A DNA stretch of 64,000 bases from an uncultured Bacteroidales bacterium (GCA_964447005.1 CAYUQP010000015.1:22484-86483); one strand, 5' to 3'; positions 46,601 to 56,963 are shown, counted from the first letter of the stretch. Translations and numbers: made by a program. Notes: generated by a model from the sequence alone, not told the origin.

Positions 46601-47832
46601 GGAAACCTGAATATTTTGAGAAAGAAATAAGTAATGGTAACACTTGCCCGGATCACTACGGGGGTGGAGGGCATATTAAACTCACCTTTGAAGAAAGGTT
46701 GGATAAGGAGGAGAGTTTTGCACAAAACCTGAGCGATTATAATTCGGTAATTTATTTATATGAATCACTTGAAGATGGAGGAAATTCTGAAACGGAATTA
46801 TCCGATATTGAATCTGCCGAACCTGATGATATGTGGGAGTTAAGAAGTCAGCTACTTGGCCATTCACCGCACCTTTCTCAGGAAGTATTAAGGGCCATGG
46901 CAAACCGTACCGATGTATTTCCTGATGATGTCTTGCTGGAAATTCTTTCAGCGAATCCGGATGAATTGAACAGGGATACATTGATCAGTTATCTAGAACA
47001 AAAAGAAGATCCTCTTCCGGAATATATGATCGATATTCTCAGGCAAGCTGTTAGTGGGATAACATATAAGACTATACTTGAAAATGAAATTGCTCAATAT
47101 CATGCAGCAAAAACTCAGGCCGCCCAGGATATTATCCGAAGTATCCTGTTCGATACGGTCTTTAATGTAACCGATTACCGGAACTGGCTGGATAATTTGG
47201 ACAATATCGTAGCCGACCGTCAAATCATTTCAACGTATCTTTCAGAAAATGACACATCAAGCGCAATCGCATTGCTAAATTTGTTACCTTCATTGTATGA
47301 GCTTGAAGGGGATGAACTGGAAGACTATAACGAATACAAATACTTGGTTGAGATGCAAATGGCCTATAAAACTGAAGGAAGATTGATGAACGAGCTGGAC
47401 AGCTCTGATATTCTGGGACTTGATGCTATTGCTTCTGATGAAAGCTTTAGTGCCGGAAATATAGCAAGGAATATCCTCTCTTATGCAGGTATTCATCAGT
47501 ATTGTAATTGCTTGCCGTTTATTGACAGTTCATATATGAAAAATACTTTCGTTTCTGGAACGAATACAATGATTGGTAACGATATCTTGAAGATATCAGC
47601 AAAACCCAATCCTGCACGCACCTATGTAGCATTCGATTATGAGTTGATGACAGGACATGCTGCTGGACTTATCAATATTTCAGATATTCATGGAAAAGTG
47701 ATCTGGCAAATTCAGGTGAGTGGCAAAAAAGGTCAGAAAGTTTGGAACACTACCAGAGTACAAGCTGGAGTATACTATTTTAACCTACTATCGGACGGGT
47801 TAAACAAAACGGGTAAAATTGTGATCTTTTAA
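43693..47832 (+). CDS. T9SS-secreted S8 (subtilisin-like) peptidase
   Basis: IIDDG, KHGT, AAAGN, KTSAAS; long beta-rich and helical C-terminal regions; AKPNPA...GVYYF CTD; low GC. Confidence 0.9.
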   Translation: MKKIFILLIFVSPIYMNSTCAMIYIVGNDTLHFDNENYYQIVLADTFYIDSTRVFVKYYNQASSYDKVSIEIKYNLSKEKEYNSIGWICYSLSQSNRSFIGILSDLNNESIIDQVDLNTSVYYACDALEPSDDDFNDQWYLERIQAPSAWALTTGDPNIIVAIIDDGFDWTHADLGPGNDNYDNIYLNQDLNPIPTHGEDPWDDWDDPTTGDKDDNEGNDCEDDWKGWGEMYLEQGGYTDGNDVRNYSYQFLKDELGDDDDADALWKHGTFIAGIIGAKTNNEEGISGIAGGWGNKGISLVLFKKGICCDGQPMSQNVVQGILYAVDDLPYSQKAQIIEMPFMVNDWNNIIHEAIDHAIEKGAFLVAAAGNHASGGQWYVTYPASDPDVFAVGATDHYDIRKINSNYGPDHQLDLCAPGDDILSLVPQDGHDDDGYQTIEGKTSAASAMVAGTAALMLSVNPELTNLQIAQILRDSADKGEYYIYDEGYNPEIGYGRLNAYRSVCGAMALAEDWEISNGTIILDSDRSFMNSIYIKDGATLTITAKIEFGPEAKLVVEQGGTLIIDGGTLTNMKCCGYEFTNWPGIQVWGDRFASQYAPGAQGKLIVNSGTIENALLAVDLWKPGTTDMTGGIIEAHDALFLNNAKSVRAIYYRNFNPDYPNLEMDYYSNFDDCSFILDDQYFGTALFEKHVDLAQVRGLKFYGCTFSLDHTAEFVSYHSIGIAAYNAGFYILPTCTTQVIPCPVIDSCWFNGFNFAIGVWTPAQLTDHPILITNAHFDNNSTGVYINDHDYTVILENFFEAGYDDPYHGNCDFADGVGVDIHQSNGFIVENNKLRKNSLATSGNYAGIRVKDCPSEHDIIYKNEFDGLSYGNYAEGTNRLSPRDDETGIEYQCNCNSHNAVDFMVQFIGTDTAGAMIRGWHGDQNNASGNVFSRYTPSVMHFSNRGKSTINYYFCDPCTDEEPINIFTWKPEYFEKEISNGNTCPDHYGGGGHIKLTFEERLDKEESFAQNLSDYNSVIYLYESLEDGGNSETELSDIESAEPDDMWELRSQLLGHSPHLSQEVLRAMANRTDVFPDDVLLEILSANPDELNRDTLISYLEQKEDPLPEYMIDILRQAVSGITYKTILENEIAQYHAAKTQAAQDIIRSILFDTVFNVTDYRNWLDNLDNIVADRQIISTYLSENDTSSAIALLNLLPSLYELEGDELEDYNEYKYLVEMQMAYKTEGRLMNELDSSDILGLDAIASDESFSAGNIARNILSYAGIHQYCNCLPFIDSSYMKNTFVSGTNTMIGNDILKISAKPNPARTYVAFDYELMTGHAAGLINISDIHGKVIWQIQVSGKKGQKVWNTTRVQAGVYYFNLLSDGLNKTGKIVIF

Positions 47833-47892
47833 TATTAATCATTCGGCTGCTGCGGGCTGATTGCTCGCAGCAGCTTTACAAACTAGCAGTAA

Positions 47893-49815
47893 ATGAAATC
47901 TAAAATCATACTCATATTCGTTATTTTTATATATAATTTTTCCCTAAAAGCTCAAATTGCGGATGTGATATGGCAAACCTGTTTAGGCGCAACAGATGGG
48001 CAGAACTGGACTGAAGCTGCTGTTAAAACCGATAATGGGTATATGTTTGGAATTTATATTCTTAATGATGGACCCGGCGTCTCGAATTATCACGGTGGTG
48101 CCGACGCATGGATTGTCAATACCAATGAGCTTGGAGATGTGATTTGGGAGAGATGCTATGGCGGAAGTTCAGGTGATGGTCCTCACAAAATCATACGCAT
48201 TGATGCCAATGCCTATTATCTGTTTAATCATGCAAGTTCAACTGATGGAGATGTACATAATTTCCAAGGAAAAGACTTTTGGATGGTTAAGATTAAGGCC
48301 AATGGAGAAATTTTATGGGAGAAAAATTATGGGGGATCTGTAAATGGTGAAATAGCTGTGGATGCCATACTGATGCCTGATAAAGGGGCATTGATGATGG
48401 GAAGGCTCAGCTCTTCAGGTGGTGATGTTACACACTCCTATGGGGATATGGATGTATGGCTGTGCCGGATAGACTCTGTGGGTGATATCATTTGGCAGAA
48501 AACGATAGGAAATTTCGGGAAAGATAATGGATTGAAAGTGAAACTCACCTTGCATAATTCTATACTCTTTATTGGTGGCCATGAGGTTACCGGGGGCATG
48601 ATCGATTGCCCAGATCTTGGATATTATATCGACACAGATGTCTGGATCCTGGAAATGGATATGGATGGAAATTTTATCAACCAATGGTGTTTTGGTGGCA
48701 AATATTATGACCTTGGATATGATATTCTAGAAGAGAGTGCAGGTTATACTTTTGTAGCTTCAACCAGATCAAATGATAGGGATGTCAGTGGTTTTCACGG
48801 TCCGGCGGGAGAAAATGAATCTTCTGATATTTGGGTAGTAAATATTAATTTCCAAGGTAATATTATATGGCAAAAATGCCTGGGTGGTTACTCTTATGAG
48901 TGGCCGATAATTGTAACAAAAACTTCAGATAGTGGATATATTATTATTGGTAACACCAATTCTCATGATGGGGATGTTACAGGAAACCATACCACGGAAT
49001 CGAACGAAACTGACATCTGGGTGGTCAAACTGAGCAGTGACGGGCAACTGCTTTGGGAGCATTGCTTTGGCGGTTTAGGAACCGACCGGTTTTGGGGCAT
49101 ACATAGCGTAGTTAAAAACGATGATTACAACTATATTATCGGGGCAAATTCAAACCATGCGAGTGGTGATGTAACCTGTAATTTATTCCCCTATGAAGAG
49201 ACTTCCAATGCCTGGCTCTTTGAGATCAAAGACTGTTTTTATTATATGCCTTTACCTCCCGATACTATTATCGGTCCGGATACAGTCTGTTCAACTGTGA
49301 ATCCTGAGTCACTCTATTATGTGGAAACAGTGCCCTGGGCAACAGGATATGATTGGGTGATCGATCCTGACTCAGCCGGCATTTTCTTTCTTGATTCCGC
49401 TTCCATTCATGCAAACTGGAACCCGCTCTTCGGTGGATCGGTCACGGTCAAGGCAAGAAGTTATAATGATTGTGGATTTTCAGCATGGTCGGAACCCCAT
49501 GTTACACAGGTCTTTTCCTGTTTGGGAGTGAATGAGCATGGAGGCACGGAGGCATGGGGGCATGGAGGCATGGTGTTGTGGCCGAATCCCGCCAGAGACA
49601 TTGTCGATTTTCGATGGTCGATTTTCGATGGTCGATTTGATCTGACATTGAGGATTTATGATTTGTTTGGGAGAGAAATCCGGAAAATTGCTATTCCTGA
49701 AAACGAGCATGAGATTCAATTCAGCGTCGAAAATTTTATATCGGGGTTGTATGTGATTGTCATTAAAGATGGGAATAGTATCATCGGAAGTGCCAAGATG
49801 GTTATTGCAAGATAG
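47893..49815 (+). CDS. T9SS-secreted repeat protein (DxW(V/I)VK propeller-like repeats, PKD-like domain, CTD)
   Basis: Repeated DAWIV/DFWMVK/DVWLC/DIWVV...W...GG; WPNPA...GLYVI CTD. Confidence 0.8.
   Translation: MKSKIILIFVIFIYNFSLKAQIADVIWQTCLGATDGQNWTEAAVKTDNGYMFGIYILNDGPGVSNYHGGADAWIVNTNELGDVIWERCYGGSSGDGPHKIIRIDANAYYLFNHASSTDGDVHNFQGKDFWMVKIKANGEILWEKNYGGSVNGEIAVDAILMPDKGALMMGRLSSSGGDVTHSYGDMDVWLCRIDSVGDIIWQKTIGNFGKDNGLKVKLTLHNSILFIGGHEVTGGMIDCPDLGYYIDTDVWILEMDMDGNFINQWCFGGKYYDLGYDILEESAGYTFVASTRSNDRDVSGFHGPAGENESSDIWVVNINFQGNIIWQKCLGGYSYEWPIIVTKTSDSGYIIIGNTNSHDGDVTGNHTTESNETDIWVVKLSSDGQLLWEHCFGGLGTDRFWGIHSVVKNDDYNYIIGANSNHASGDVTCNLFPYEETSNAWLFEIKDCFYYMPLPPDTIIGPDTVCSTVNPESLYYVETVPWATGYDWVIDPDSAGIFFLDSASIHANWNPLFGGSVTVKARSYNDCGFSAWSEPHVTQVFSCLGVNEHGGTEAWGHGGMVLWPNPARDIVDFRWSIFDGRFDLTLRIYDLFGREIRKIAIPENEHEIQFSVENFISGLYVIVIKDGNSIIGSAKMVIAR
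49536..49638 (+). repeat. Two tandem repeats inside the CDS: (GCATGGRG)5 and a 14-mer GTCGATTTTCGATG x2.5
   Basis: Encode HGGTEAWGHGGM and VDFRWSIFDGRF around the CTD start. Confidence 0.8.
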
Positions 49816-50006
49816 GTTGAGATAGGGATCTCATCTGATATTTCCTTTTCTCCCGCCAGGGAGAAAAGACAGAAGCAAGGGACTGACGTCTTGGGCTACT
49901 GTCTGTCGTCACTATGTGACTGAATGGAATTGAACACGTTGTGTCCCCTCACTTCATTGTTTGAGCGAAATGTTGGCTCTTGGCTCTTAGCTTTTGCTAT
50001 TAACAC

Positions 50007-50062
50007 AAAACTAAAAAACTCAATAACTCAACCTCAAAACTAAAAACTCGAAACTCAAAACT
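50007..50062. repeat. Heptamer repeat (AAAACTC/AAAACTA) after the asnS stop
   Basis: Read directly from the sequence. Confidence 0.75.
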
Positions 50063-51512
50063 CTGCATTCTGCGGTGTCCTTGGAAAAGGGATCACATCC
50101 CGGATATTTCCCATCCCCGTCACAAACAGCATCAGCCGCTCGAAGCCAAGGCCGAAGCCGGCGTGAGGGACGGTGCCGAATTTGCGGGTCTCAAGATACC
50201 ACCAGAGCGTCTCTTCGGGGATATGCATCTCTTTGATGCGCTGATGGAGCTTCTCCAGGTTCTCCTCGCGTTGTGAGCCGCCGATGATCTCGCCGATTTG
50301 GGGGAACAACACGTCCATGGCCCTTACGGTCAGGCCGTCGTCGTTCTGCTTCATATAGAACGCCTTGATCTCTTTGGGATATCCGGTGATGATGACCGGC
50401 TTTTTGAAATGCTTCTCGACAAGATAACGCTCATGCTCGCTCTGCATGTCGGCGCCCCATTTTTCGATCGGGTAAACGAACTTCTTTTCCCTGTTGGGCT
50501 TGGATTTCATGAGGATGTCAATGGCTTCGGTATAGGTGATCCGCTCGAATTCATTAGCCAGGACAAATTCCAGCTTCTCGATCAATCCCATGGCCTGCCG
50601 CTCTTCCTGTTTCTTGTTCTTTTCTTCGTCTTCCAGCCTTTTTGCCAGGAAATCCAAGTCTTCACGGCAATTTTCAAGAGCATAACTGACGAGGTACTTG
50701 AGCATCTCCTCGGCCAGGTCCATATCGTCGTTGATGTCGTAGAAGGCCATTTCCGGCTCGATCATCCAGAACTCGGCCAGGTGGCGGCTGGTGTTGGAAT
50801 TCTCGGCCCGGAAAGTCGGACCGAAGGTGTACACGTCCGACATGGCCAGTGCAGCCAACTCTGCTTCGAGTTGCCCCGAAACGGTCAGGTTGGTGGGCTT
50901 TCCGAAGAAATCTTGTTTGTAATCCACGTCACCGGTTTCAGTGAGCGGAGGCTTGACCGGATCCAATATTGTCACACGGAACATCTCCCCTGCCCCTTCG
51001 GCGTCGGAACCGGTGATGATGGGCGTGTGGATGTTATAAAACCCTTTGTCGGTGAAAAACTTGTGGATGGCAAAGATCATAGCGTGCCTTACGCGGGTCA
51101 CGGCTGAGAAAGTATTAGTACGAAAACGCAGGTGGGCCTTTTCACGCAGGAACTCCAGCGAATGCCGCTTGGGCTGCAGCGGGTATTCGTCAGGATTGGC
51201 TTCGCCGTAAAGAATGATGTCGTTTGCCAGTAATTCCACCCGCTGCCCTGCGCCCGGTGATTCGATCAGCACACCTTTGACCGACAGCCCGGCCCCGGTG
51301 TTGATCCTGGCCAGCAGCCCGGTGTCGACCGTGTCCGGCTGCACCACAACCTGCAGGTTCTGGATCGTCGACCCGTCGTTCAGCGTGATGAAAATAACGT
51401 TCTTGCTTTCCCGTTTGGTGCGCACCCAGCCTTTTGCAACAACTTCCCTGTTCACTTCCCCGGTGAGCAGCAACTCCTTGATCTTCGTTCTCTTGATTCC
51501 GTGATCTAGCAT
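50055..51512 (-). CDS. asnS: Asparagine--tRNA ligase
   Basis: [50 protein letters not shown]. Confidence 0.98.
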   Translation of the reverse strand: MLDHGIKRTKIKELLLTGEVNREVVAKGWVRTKRESKNVIFITLNDGSTIQNLQVVVQPDTVDTGLLARINTGAGLSVKGVLIESPGAGQRVELLANDIILYGEANPDEYPLQPKRHSLEFLREKAHLRFRTNTFSAVTRVRHAMIFAIHKFFTDKGFYNIHTPIITGSDAEGAGEMFRVTILDPVKPPLTETGDVDYKQDFFGKPTNLTVSGQLEAELAALAMSDVYTFGPTFRAENSNTSRHLAEFWMIEPEMAFYDINDDMDLAEEMLKYLVSYALENCREDLDFLAKRLEDEEKNKKQEERQAMGLIEKLEFVLANEFERITYTEAIDILMKSKPNREKKFVYPIEKWGADMQSEHERYLVEKHFKKPVIITGYPKEIKAFYMKQNDDGLTVRAMDVLFPQIGEIIGGSQREENLEKLHQRIKEMHIPEETLWWYLETRKFGTVPHAGFGLGFERLMLFVTGMGNIRDVIPFPRTPQNAEF

Positions 51513-51545
51513 GTTCTTTTTATTTTGAGGTGCAAAGGTAGGAAA

Positions 51546-51636
51546 AAGGTGGTAAGGTGATAAGGTGATAAGGTGATAAGGTGATAAGGTGGTCAGGGGG
51601 TCAGGGGGTCAGGGGCATGGGGGTATGGGGGTATGG
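51546..51636 (+). repeat. Octamer-phased G-rich array containing a five-tract G-quadruplex motif (51596-51631)
   Basis: AAGGTGAT units change to CAGGGGGT and then TGGGGGTA; G5-TCA-G5-TCA-G4-CAT-G5-TAT-G5. Confidence 0.85.
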
Positions 51637-51732
51637 TAGTCTGCTCCGTTAGGAGCAAAATATCGGTAGAAGGGCGGATAGCATTAAAATTTAAAGTGCC
51701 ATCGGCACGACAGAATGGTTTAATTTTGCCAC

Positions 51733-52800
51733 ATGCCTGAAATCATAACAAATATCCGTCCCTTATCGGAATATCTCACCCTGAAGGCGGGGCCCATGAT
51801 CATCGCCGGGCCGTGCAGCGCCGAATCGGAAGAACAGGTCCTGGCAACGGCGCGGGAACTGGCCAAAATTCCTCAGGTAGCTGCTTTCCGTTGCGGGCTG
51901 TGGAAACCAAGAACCCGGCCCGGCGACTTTGACGGAGTCGGCGAGCCAGGGCTGGCCTGGCTGAGAAAGGCAAAACTGGAGACTGGATTGGCGATTGCCG
52001 TGGAAGTTGCGCTACCTGCTCATATTGAACTTTGCCTGAAGAACGGGGTCGATATTCTCTGGATCGGCTCCAGGACCGTCGTAAATCCTTTTTCGGTCCA
52101 TGAAATTGCGAAAGCGCTTAAAGGTGTTGATATTGCTGTGCTGGTCAAGAACCCGGTCAGTCCCGACCTGCTGCTCTGGATCGGTGCCCTGGAGCGGCTG
52201 AGCCATCAGGGGATCACCAAACTTGCTGCAGTACACAGGGGGTTCTCAGCCTACGGGAGCAGACCCTTCCGCAACCTGCCCATCTGGGAGATCCCGATCG
52301 AATTGCGCCGCCTGGTTCCCGGCCTGCCGGTGCTGGCCGATCCCAGCCACATCAGCGGAACCAGGAGCATGCTGCCCCATGTAGCCCAATCCGCGATCAA
52401 CCTGGCTTTCGACGGTTTGATGATCGAATCGCACATTGACCCTGACCAGGCACTCACCGACCGTGAGCAGCAGATCACCCCGGCTGATCTTGCCGTATTG
52501 ATCCGGGAACTGAAATTGCCTAATGAACGGCAAGGACAGAGGGATGAATTAATTGATGAACTAAGACTGAGGATTGATGATCTGGATGAACAAATCCTGC
52601 AATTGCTGGCGAAGAGGATGGAAACTGCCAAGAAGATCGGGGCGCAGAAAACCGAGCTAGGGATGGACACATTGCAACTGGAACGCTGGCGGCAGGTGGT
52701 GGAGGACCGTCTTGCCAAAGGCACGTCCCTGGGCCTTGGCCGTGACTTCCTGCTCAAACTGCTGCACGCAATCCACCAGGAATCCCTTCGCATTCAGTAA
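51733..52800 (+). CDS. Bifunctional DAHP synthase / type II chorismate mutase
   Basis: IAGPCSAES, WKPRTRP, VKNPV, DPSHISG, GLMIESH; C-terminal LRLRIDDLDEQILQLL. Confidence 0.93.
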   Translation: MPEIITNIRPLSEYLTLKAGPMIIAGPCSAESEEQVLATARELAKIPQVAAFRCGLWKPRTRPGDFDGVGEPGLAWLRKAKLETGLAIAVEVALPAHIELCLKNGVDILWIGSRTVVNPFSVHEIAKALKGVDIAVLVKNPVSPDLLLWIGALERLSHQGITKLAAVHRGFSAYGSRPFRNLPIWEIPIELRRLVPGLPVLADPSHISGTRSMLPHVAQSAINLAFDGLMIESHIDPDQALTDREQQITPADLAVLIRELKLPNERQGQRDELIDELRLRIDDLDEQILQLLAKRMETAKKIGAQKTELGMDTLQLERWRQVVEDRLAKGTSLGLGRDFLLKLLHAIHQESLRIQ

Positions 52801-52860
52801 TTACACGAAGCCAAAAAAAATTCCCCAATTCAAAATTTAAAATTCAAAACTTAAAATTCC

Positions 52861-53769
52861 CTAAAGCCATTTCCTCCGCTTGAAATAAAACAGCATGGTC
52901 ACGACCACCATCAGCATAAGCACGATAATGATGATGAATGACCGGGAATCATTTTGCAGCGGCAGCCCGATATTCATCCCGTAAAGCCCGGTGATGAAAG
53001 TCAGTGGCAATAGGATCGCCGAGAAGAAAGTCAGCGTCTTCATGATGTCGTTGATGCGGTTGGTCTGGAGGGAATCAAAGGTTTTTGACAAACCCTCGAT
53101 CAGTTCCTGGTAATCCTCTGCCATGTCCCACATTTTCTGGTTATAGTCGAGGATGTTGCCCCAGTAATCCTCCATGTTTTCCGCGAATCCGGCAATCTGC
53201 CCCGACTCGAATTTATGGAACAGTGGCAACTGGGGCTTAAAGATTGTATTAATGAGGATGATGTTCTTCCGGGTGATGGAGATCTGTAAAATTGTTTTTT
53301 GTGCACGGATACTGAACAGGTCCTCGCTGATGCGGTCCAGTTCCAGTCCAAGCCGGCGCATCAGGTTCAGCGATGAGTTCATCAGCTTTTCGAGCACATG
53401 GTACAACATGGCGTCAGAAGTGCCGATCTCAATTTCTTCCTTGTTTATGATTCGCTTACGGGCATCGGCAAACAGGTCCGAAACGATCCAGTTCGTCTGG
53501 TCGATACTGATCACATAGTCTTCTCCCCAGAAGAATTTTACTTCCTTGATGGTCAGGAAACGGTTGTGATGATCGAAACTGGGAAAATGAAGGATGATAA
53601 AATAATAATCATCATAAATGTCAATTTTCGGTCGTTGGTTGGTACTTCGGCAGTCTTCAATATCCAGGGGGTGGAAGTGAAAGTTGTCCTTCAGGTAATT
53701 CAGGTCTTCTTCAGACGGGCTAATGATGTGGTGCCACCTCAGGGTACCTATTTTTACCGTATCAACCAT
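52861..53769 (-). CDS. corA: CorA-family Mg2+/Co2+ transporter
   Basis: FHPLDIEDC, QRPKID, GLYGMN signature, two C-terminal TM helices. Confidence 0.92.
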   Translation of the reverse strand: MVDTVKIGTLRWHHIISPSEEDLNYLKDNFHFHPLDIEDCRSTNQRPKIDIYDDYYFIILHFPSFDHHNRFLTIKEVKFFWGEDYVISIDQTNWIVSDLFADARKRIINKEEIEIGTSDAMLYHVLEKLMNSSLNLMRRLGLELDRISEDLFSIRAQKTILQISITRKNIILINTIFKPQLPLFHKFESGQIAGFAENMEDYWGNILDYNQKMWDMAEDYQELIEGLSKTFDSLQTNRINDIMKTLTFFSAILLPLTFITGLYGMNIGLPLQNDSRSFIIIIVLMLMVVVTMLFYFKRRKWL

Positions 53770-53900
53770 AACTTTGCCGGTTTAATGATGATTAGTATCA
53801 ATGATATTCTACATTCCGGTAGGATTTAAAATCTGCCGGCAAAGATAGGAAACGAATCGGAAAAGGAGGAAGTTTTTTTTGGAAGAATTATTTATGTTCC

Positions 53901-56273
53901 TCAGCGAATGATAAATTTGCAGGAGGCCCGGACTGTATTATCTTCTTCCATCCGGCAGAAATAAATTCCCGGAGCCCAGTCTTTAACATCTATTTTGATC
54001 TCTTCGGCCATTCCGTAAGGGTTATGCTGACAGACAAGCTGACCCTGGAGATTATAGATTTTCAGCACAGCATTTCCGTAGCCGCGGTCATCTTTCAGTG
54101 TTAATGTCAGTGTTTCTGCTGAAGGGTTCGGGTATGCCGATATCTTTTCATTTTCTGATAAAGTATTTTCATTACCTACACCAGTTTCGATATCCACCAC
54201 TGCTAATTCCATATCATCCCAGAAAAATCCGTCGCCATTCTCGTAAACATCGCTAACCAGCACAAACCTGATCTTGATCTGCTTGTCGATGAATTGTGAC
54301 AGGCTGATCTCTTCCTTGACCCAGGAATTCTGAACGCCGTCATACAGTGGTTCACCGATGGCCTGGTTTGAATTTCCGATCTTTGTATATTTCCCCTGCA
54401 TAGGGGTCCAGGTAGCGCCATTATCATCAGATATCAGCACTTGCACATAATCCCAGCCTGCCTCAATATCCCATTTGGCCCAGAAACTCAGGCTGGCATA
54501 AGCCCTGTCAGACAGATCGATGGGATCCTCCAGCGTGATGGCGTTGGTTTCCTGGTTGCCGTAATTGCCCACCGGGGAATCTGTGATGGAACGCGGCGAT
54601 GAGTGATATTGCATCGTAGTGGTATTCCATTTGTTAGAAGTCCAGTTGGTAAAATCGGATGCGTCATCTTCAAAAATGATCACCGGTGTGCCGTAAATCT
54701 TGGTGATGGTATCGGAAAACGTTGCCAGCCCGTTATTGACCGAAAGCAGGTACTGCACCTTATCCCCGCTCAGGATGCCTTCTTTCAGCGTGTAAGTGAA
54801 GGCGGCGCTCGCCGTCTCCAGTATCTCGAGATCATTGTACACGAAAGGTCCGCTGACAGAAGCCAGGGCGTCATTCAACGGTTCGATGGATACCGTGTAG
54901 CTGGCCCCTTCTTCCAGGCCGAGCCGCTTGATCTCAAAAAAGAGCATCCCGCTCTGGGCTTCGAGGATTGTCGGGGCAAGGTCTCTGACAGGAGCATATG
55001 GCCCGGACAGGCGGGCAGCCATCAGGTTGGCATACATGTGCTCCTGGCACAGAGGGATGATCCGGTTGACCGATGGCCAGAAACCGTCGGAACCGCCTCC
55101 GACCTCCGGGGTATAGGCATAAATAAGCTGTTTGGATTCCTGTTCGCCGTACATCCAGTCGTCGCTGCCGCCATTGGTAGCATAGATCGTTGTGTACGCC
55201 GGGCCGAAAGTGTAACCGTTCTCAGTGGTCAGAATTTCCGCGTGCCCGTGATAGATATCATCATGTTCGCAGGGAGTAGCAGTCCATCCCCAGGCGTAGA
55301 GCAAAAGGTTGGCATAAGAATGGTAATTCAATGCGATCCTGAATTCGTGGTCCTCACAAAAATCCCTGACAGACTGCGTCTCCGGCTCTGAAAAAGCGGA
55401 TTCGCCGCGGTAGGTATCATCGGATGGATCAGGTGACGACCCGCTGTTGTTATACCCCCACTTATACCCGTAATTCCGGTTAATATCAACACCGTAAGAA
55501 CCATCATAGTTCGGCCTGCGGTTTTTACGCCAGTTGCCTCCCCCGTTCGGATAGTTCTGGATGTTATAGGCATAACCATCCATATTGACTATTGGAACAA
55601 AATAAAGCTCGAAATTATCCACAATGTACTGAACATCAGGATCTGTTTCATAATTCTCCAGCAGGTAATACATATAGTAAACAAGCAGTTGCAGGCCGAT
55701 CGGTTCGCGGGCATGGTGCATCCCGGTATACAGGACTTCCGGTTCATCCTCATCGACGTCAGGGTTATCCGACAGCCTCACCCACCATAATTGCCTTCCA
55801 TTATGCGTTTCATAATTCAGTGGTTGCCGCTCCGAAATCAGATCGGGGTATAGTGAAGCCATATTATCCAGGTGTACCATTGCCTGGTCGATGGTCAGGA
55901 AACCGCCGCAGGAACCCAACTCAAATCCTTCAGGCACAGGCCATTCGCGGCTTAACTCATACTCCATCTTTTTCAGGGCGTCCAGGTCAGACATAAAGGG
56001 CTCATTGCGCTCAACATAATATTTTGTGACATCCTCGATCAGCACTTCATAATGCACTCCCTGCTCCGACGCTATCTCAAGTTCTTTTTGCGAAAGTTCA
56101 CAGATCACATAGGCACCGGCCTTGAAAATCCCGTGGTCGATATATAAACCATTGTGCGCGAGCTCCTCCAACCGGTCCTGGCTTGCATATAGCTTAACCC
56201 TGGAATACCTTTCCTGCGCCTGGATGCCGGAAAGAAGAATTGTTAAGATGAAAATGAAATAGAGTCGTTTCAT
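53901..56273 (-). CDS. T9SS-secreted M14 zinc carboxypeptidase with MAM/immune-inhibitor-like domain
   Basis: HAREP, WRKNR, GVDINRNY, NYHSY, TPEVG; YPNP...GIYF CTD. Confidence 0.92.
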   Translation of the reverse strand: MKRLYFIFILTILLSGIQAQERYSRVKLYASQDRLEELAHNGLYIDHGIFKAGAYVICELSQKELEIASEQGVHYEVLIEDVTKYYVERNEPFMSDLDALKKMEYELSREWPVPEGFELGSCGGFLTIDQAMVHLDNMASLYPDLISERQPLNYETHNGRQLWWVRLSDNPDVDEDEPEVLYTGMHHAREPIGLQLLVYYMYYLLENYETDPDVQYIVDNFELYFVPIVNMDGYAYNIQNYPNGGGNWRKNRRPNYDGSYGVDINRNYGYKWGYNNSGSSPDPSDDTYRGESAFSEPETQSVRDFCEDHEFRIALNYHSYANLLLYAWGWTATPCEHDDIYHGHAEILTTENGYTFGPAYTTIYATNGGSDDWMYGEQESKQLIYAYTPEVGGGSDGFWPSVNRIIPLCQEHMYANLMAARLSGPYAPVRDLAPTILEAQSGMLFFEIKRLGLEEGASYTVSIEPLNDALASVSGPFVYNDLEILETASAAFTYTLKEGILSGDKVQYLLSVNNGLATFSDTITKIYGTPVIIFEDDASDFTNWTSNKWNTTTMQYHSSPRSITDSPVGNYGNQETNAITLEDPIDLSDRAYASLSFWAKWDIEAGWDYVQVLISDDNGATWTPMQGKYTKIGNSNQAIGEPLYDGVQNSWVKEEISLSQFIDKQIKIRFVLVSDVYENGDGFFWDDMELAVVDIETGVGNENTLSENEKISAYPNPSAETLTLTLKDDRGYGNAVLKIYNLQGQLVCQHNPYGMAEEIKIDVKDWAPGIYFCRMEEDNTVRASCKFIIR

Positions 56274-56351
56274 AAACTTGTTTTATAAAAAAATTTAAAG
56301 CAGACAAATATATGCAATAATTCAAAGAATGGTCAAATGATCAGTAAGACA

Positions 56352-56945
56352 TTAATAGTTCCAGTGAAAGGTCCGGATCATATGCCTGATATCATCCCGG
56401 ATAAAATCGATGACCGGCGCAAGGGAATCATTGTTTGGTGAAACATTGAAATACAGCGCCCCCCGGAGGAAGCGCGAAGAGCTGTCGGTCAGAAAAAACT
56501 GGCAGGGAGATGCGGCCTGCGCTCCTTCGATAAAGTAGACGAGCCCGAAGACCCGGTCATCCGGCCGGTAGATCAGCGAATCATTTATCGCATCGGCCTT
56601 TGGAATGTGCTTGACAACAAAGGTCCTGCTGTCTTCAAGGAATACGTTCAGATTTTCGTTGACCGGTTTAAAACTGATGTGGATGCGGCCACTGTATTGA
56701 GGAAAATCCACGTTGATCCAGTAAGGCTCGGAACTGGCCCTTGTATCGGGTATAATCCGGGCATAGACCGGGTATTCGAAACGGTAAGGATAAGTGGTAT
56801 CGAATGCAGTGTACTTTTTTTCAGGAAAATCGATCCGGAAGTATCCCCTGGGCTTCGGGGCATAATCCTGTTCACAGCCCGTGATCAGCAGAAACAAAAC
56901 GACAACGGTTCCGGTACATGTTAGCAGGTTTTTGATCTTCCTCAT
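56352..56945 (-). CDS. gldD: Gliding motility lipoprotein GldD
   Basis: Lipobox ITGC, YAPKPRGYFRIDFP, FLRGALYF. Confidence 0.93.
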   Translation of the reverse strand: MRKIKNLLTCTGTVVVLFLLITGCEQDYAPKPRGYFRIDFPEKKYTAFDTTYPYRFEYPVYARIIPDTRASSEPYWINVDFPQYSGRIHISFKPVNENLNVFLEDSRTFVVKHIPKADAINDSLIYRPDDRVFGLVYFIEGAQAASPCQFFLTDSSSRFLRGALYFNVSPNNDSLAPVIDFIRDDIRHMIRTFHWNY

Positions 56946-56963
56946 TTTATCGTTGATCCCGTT

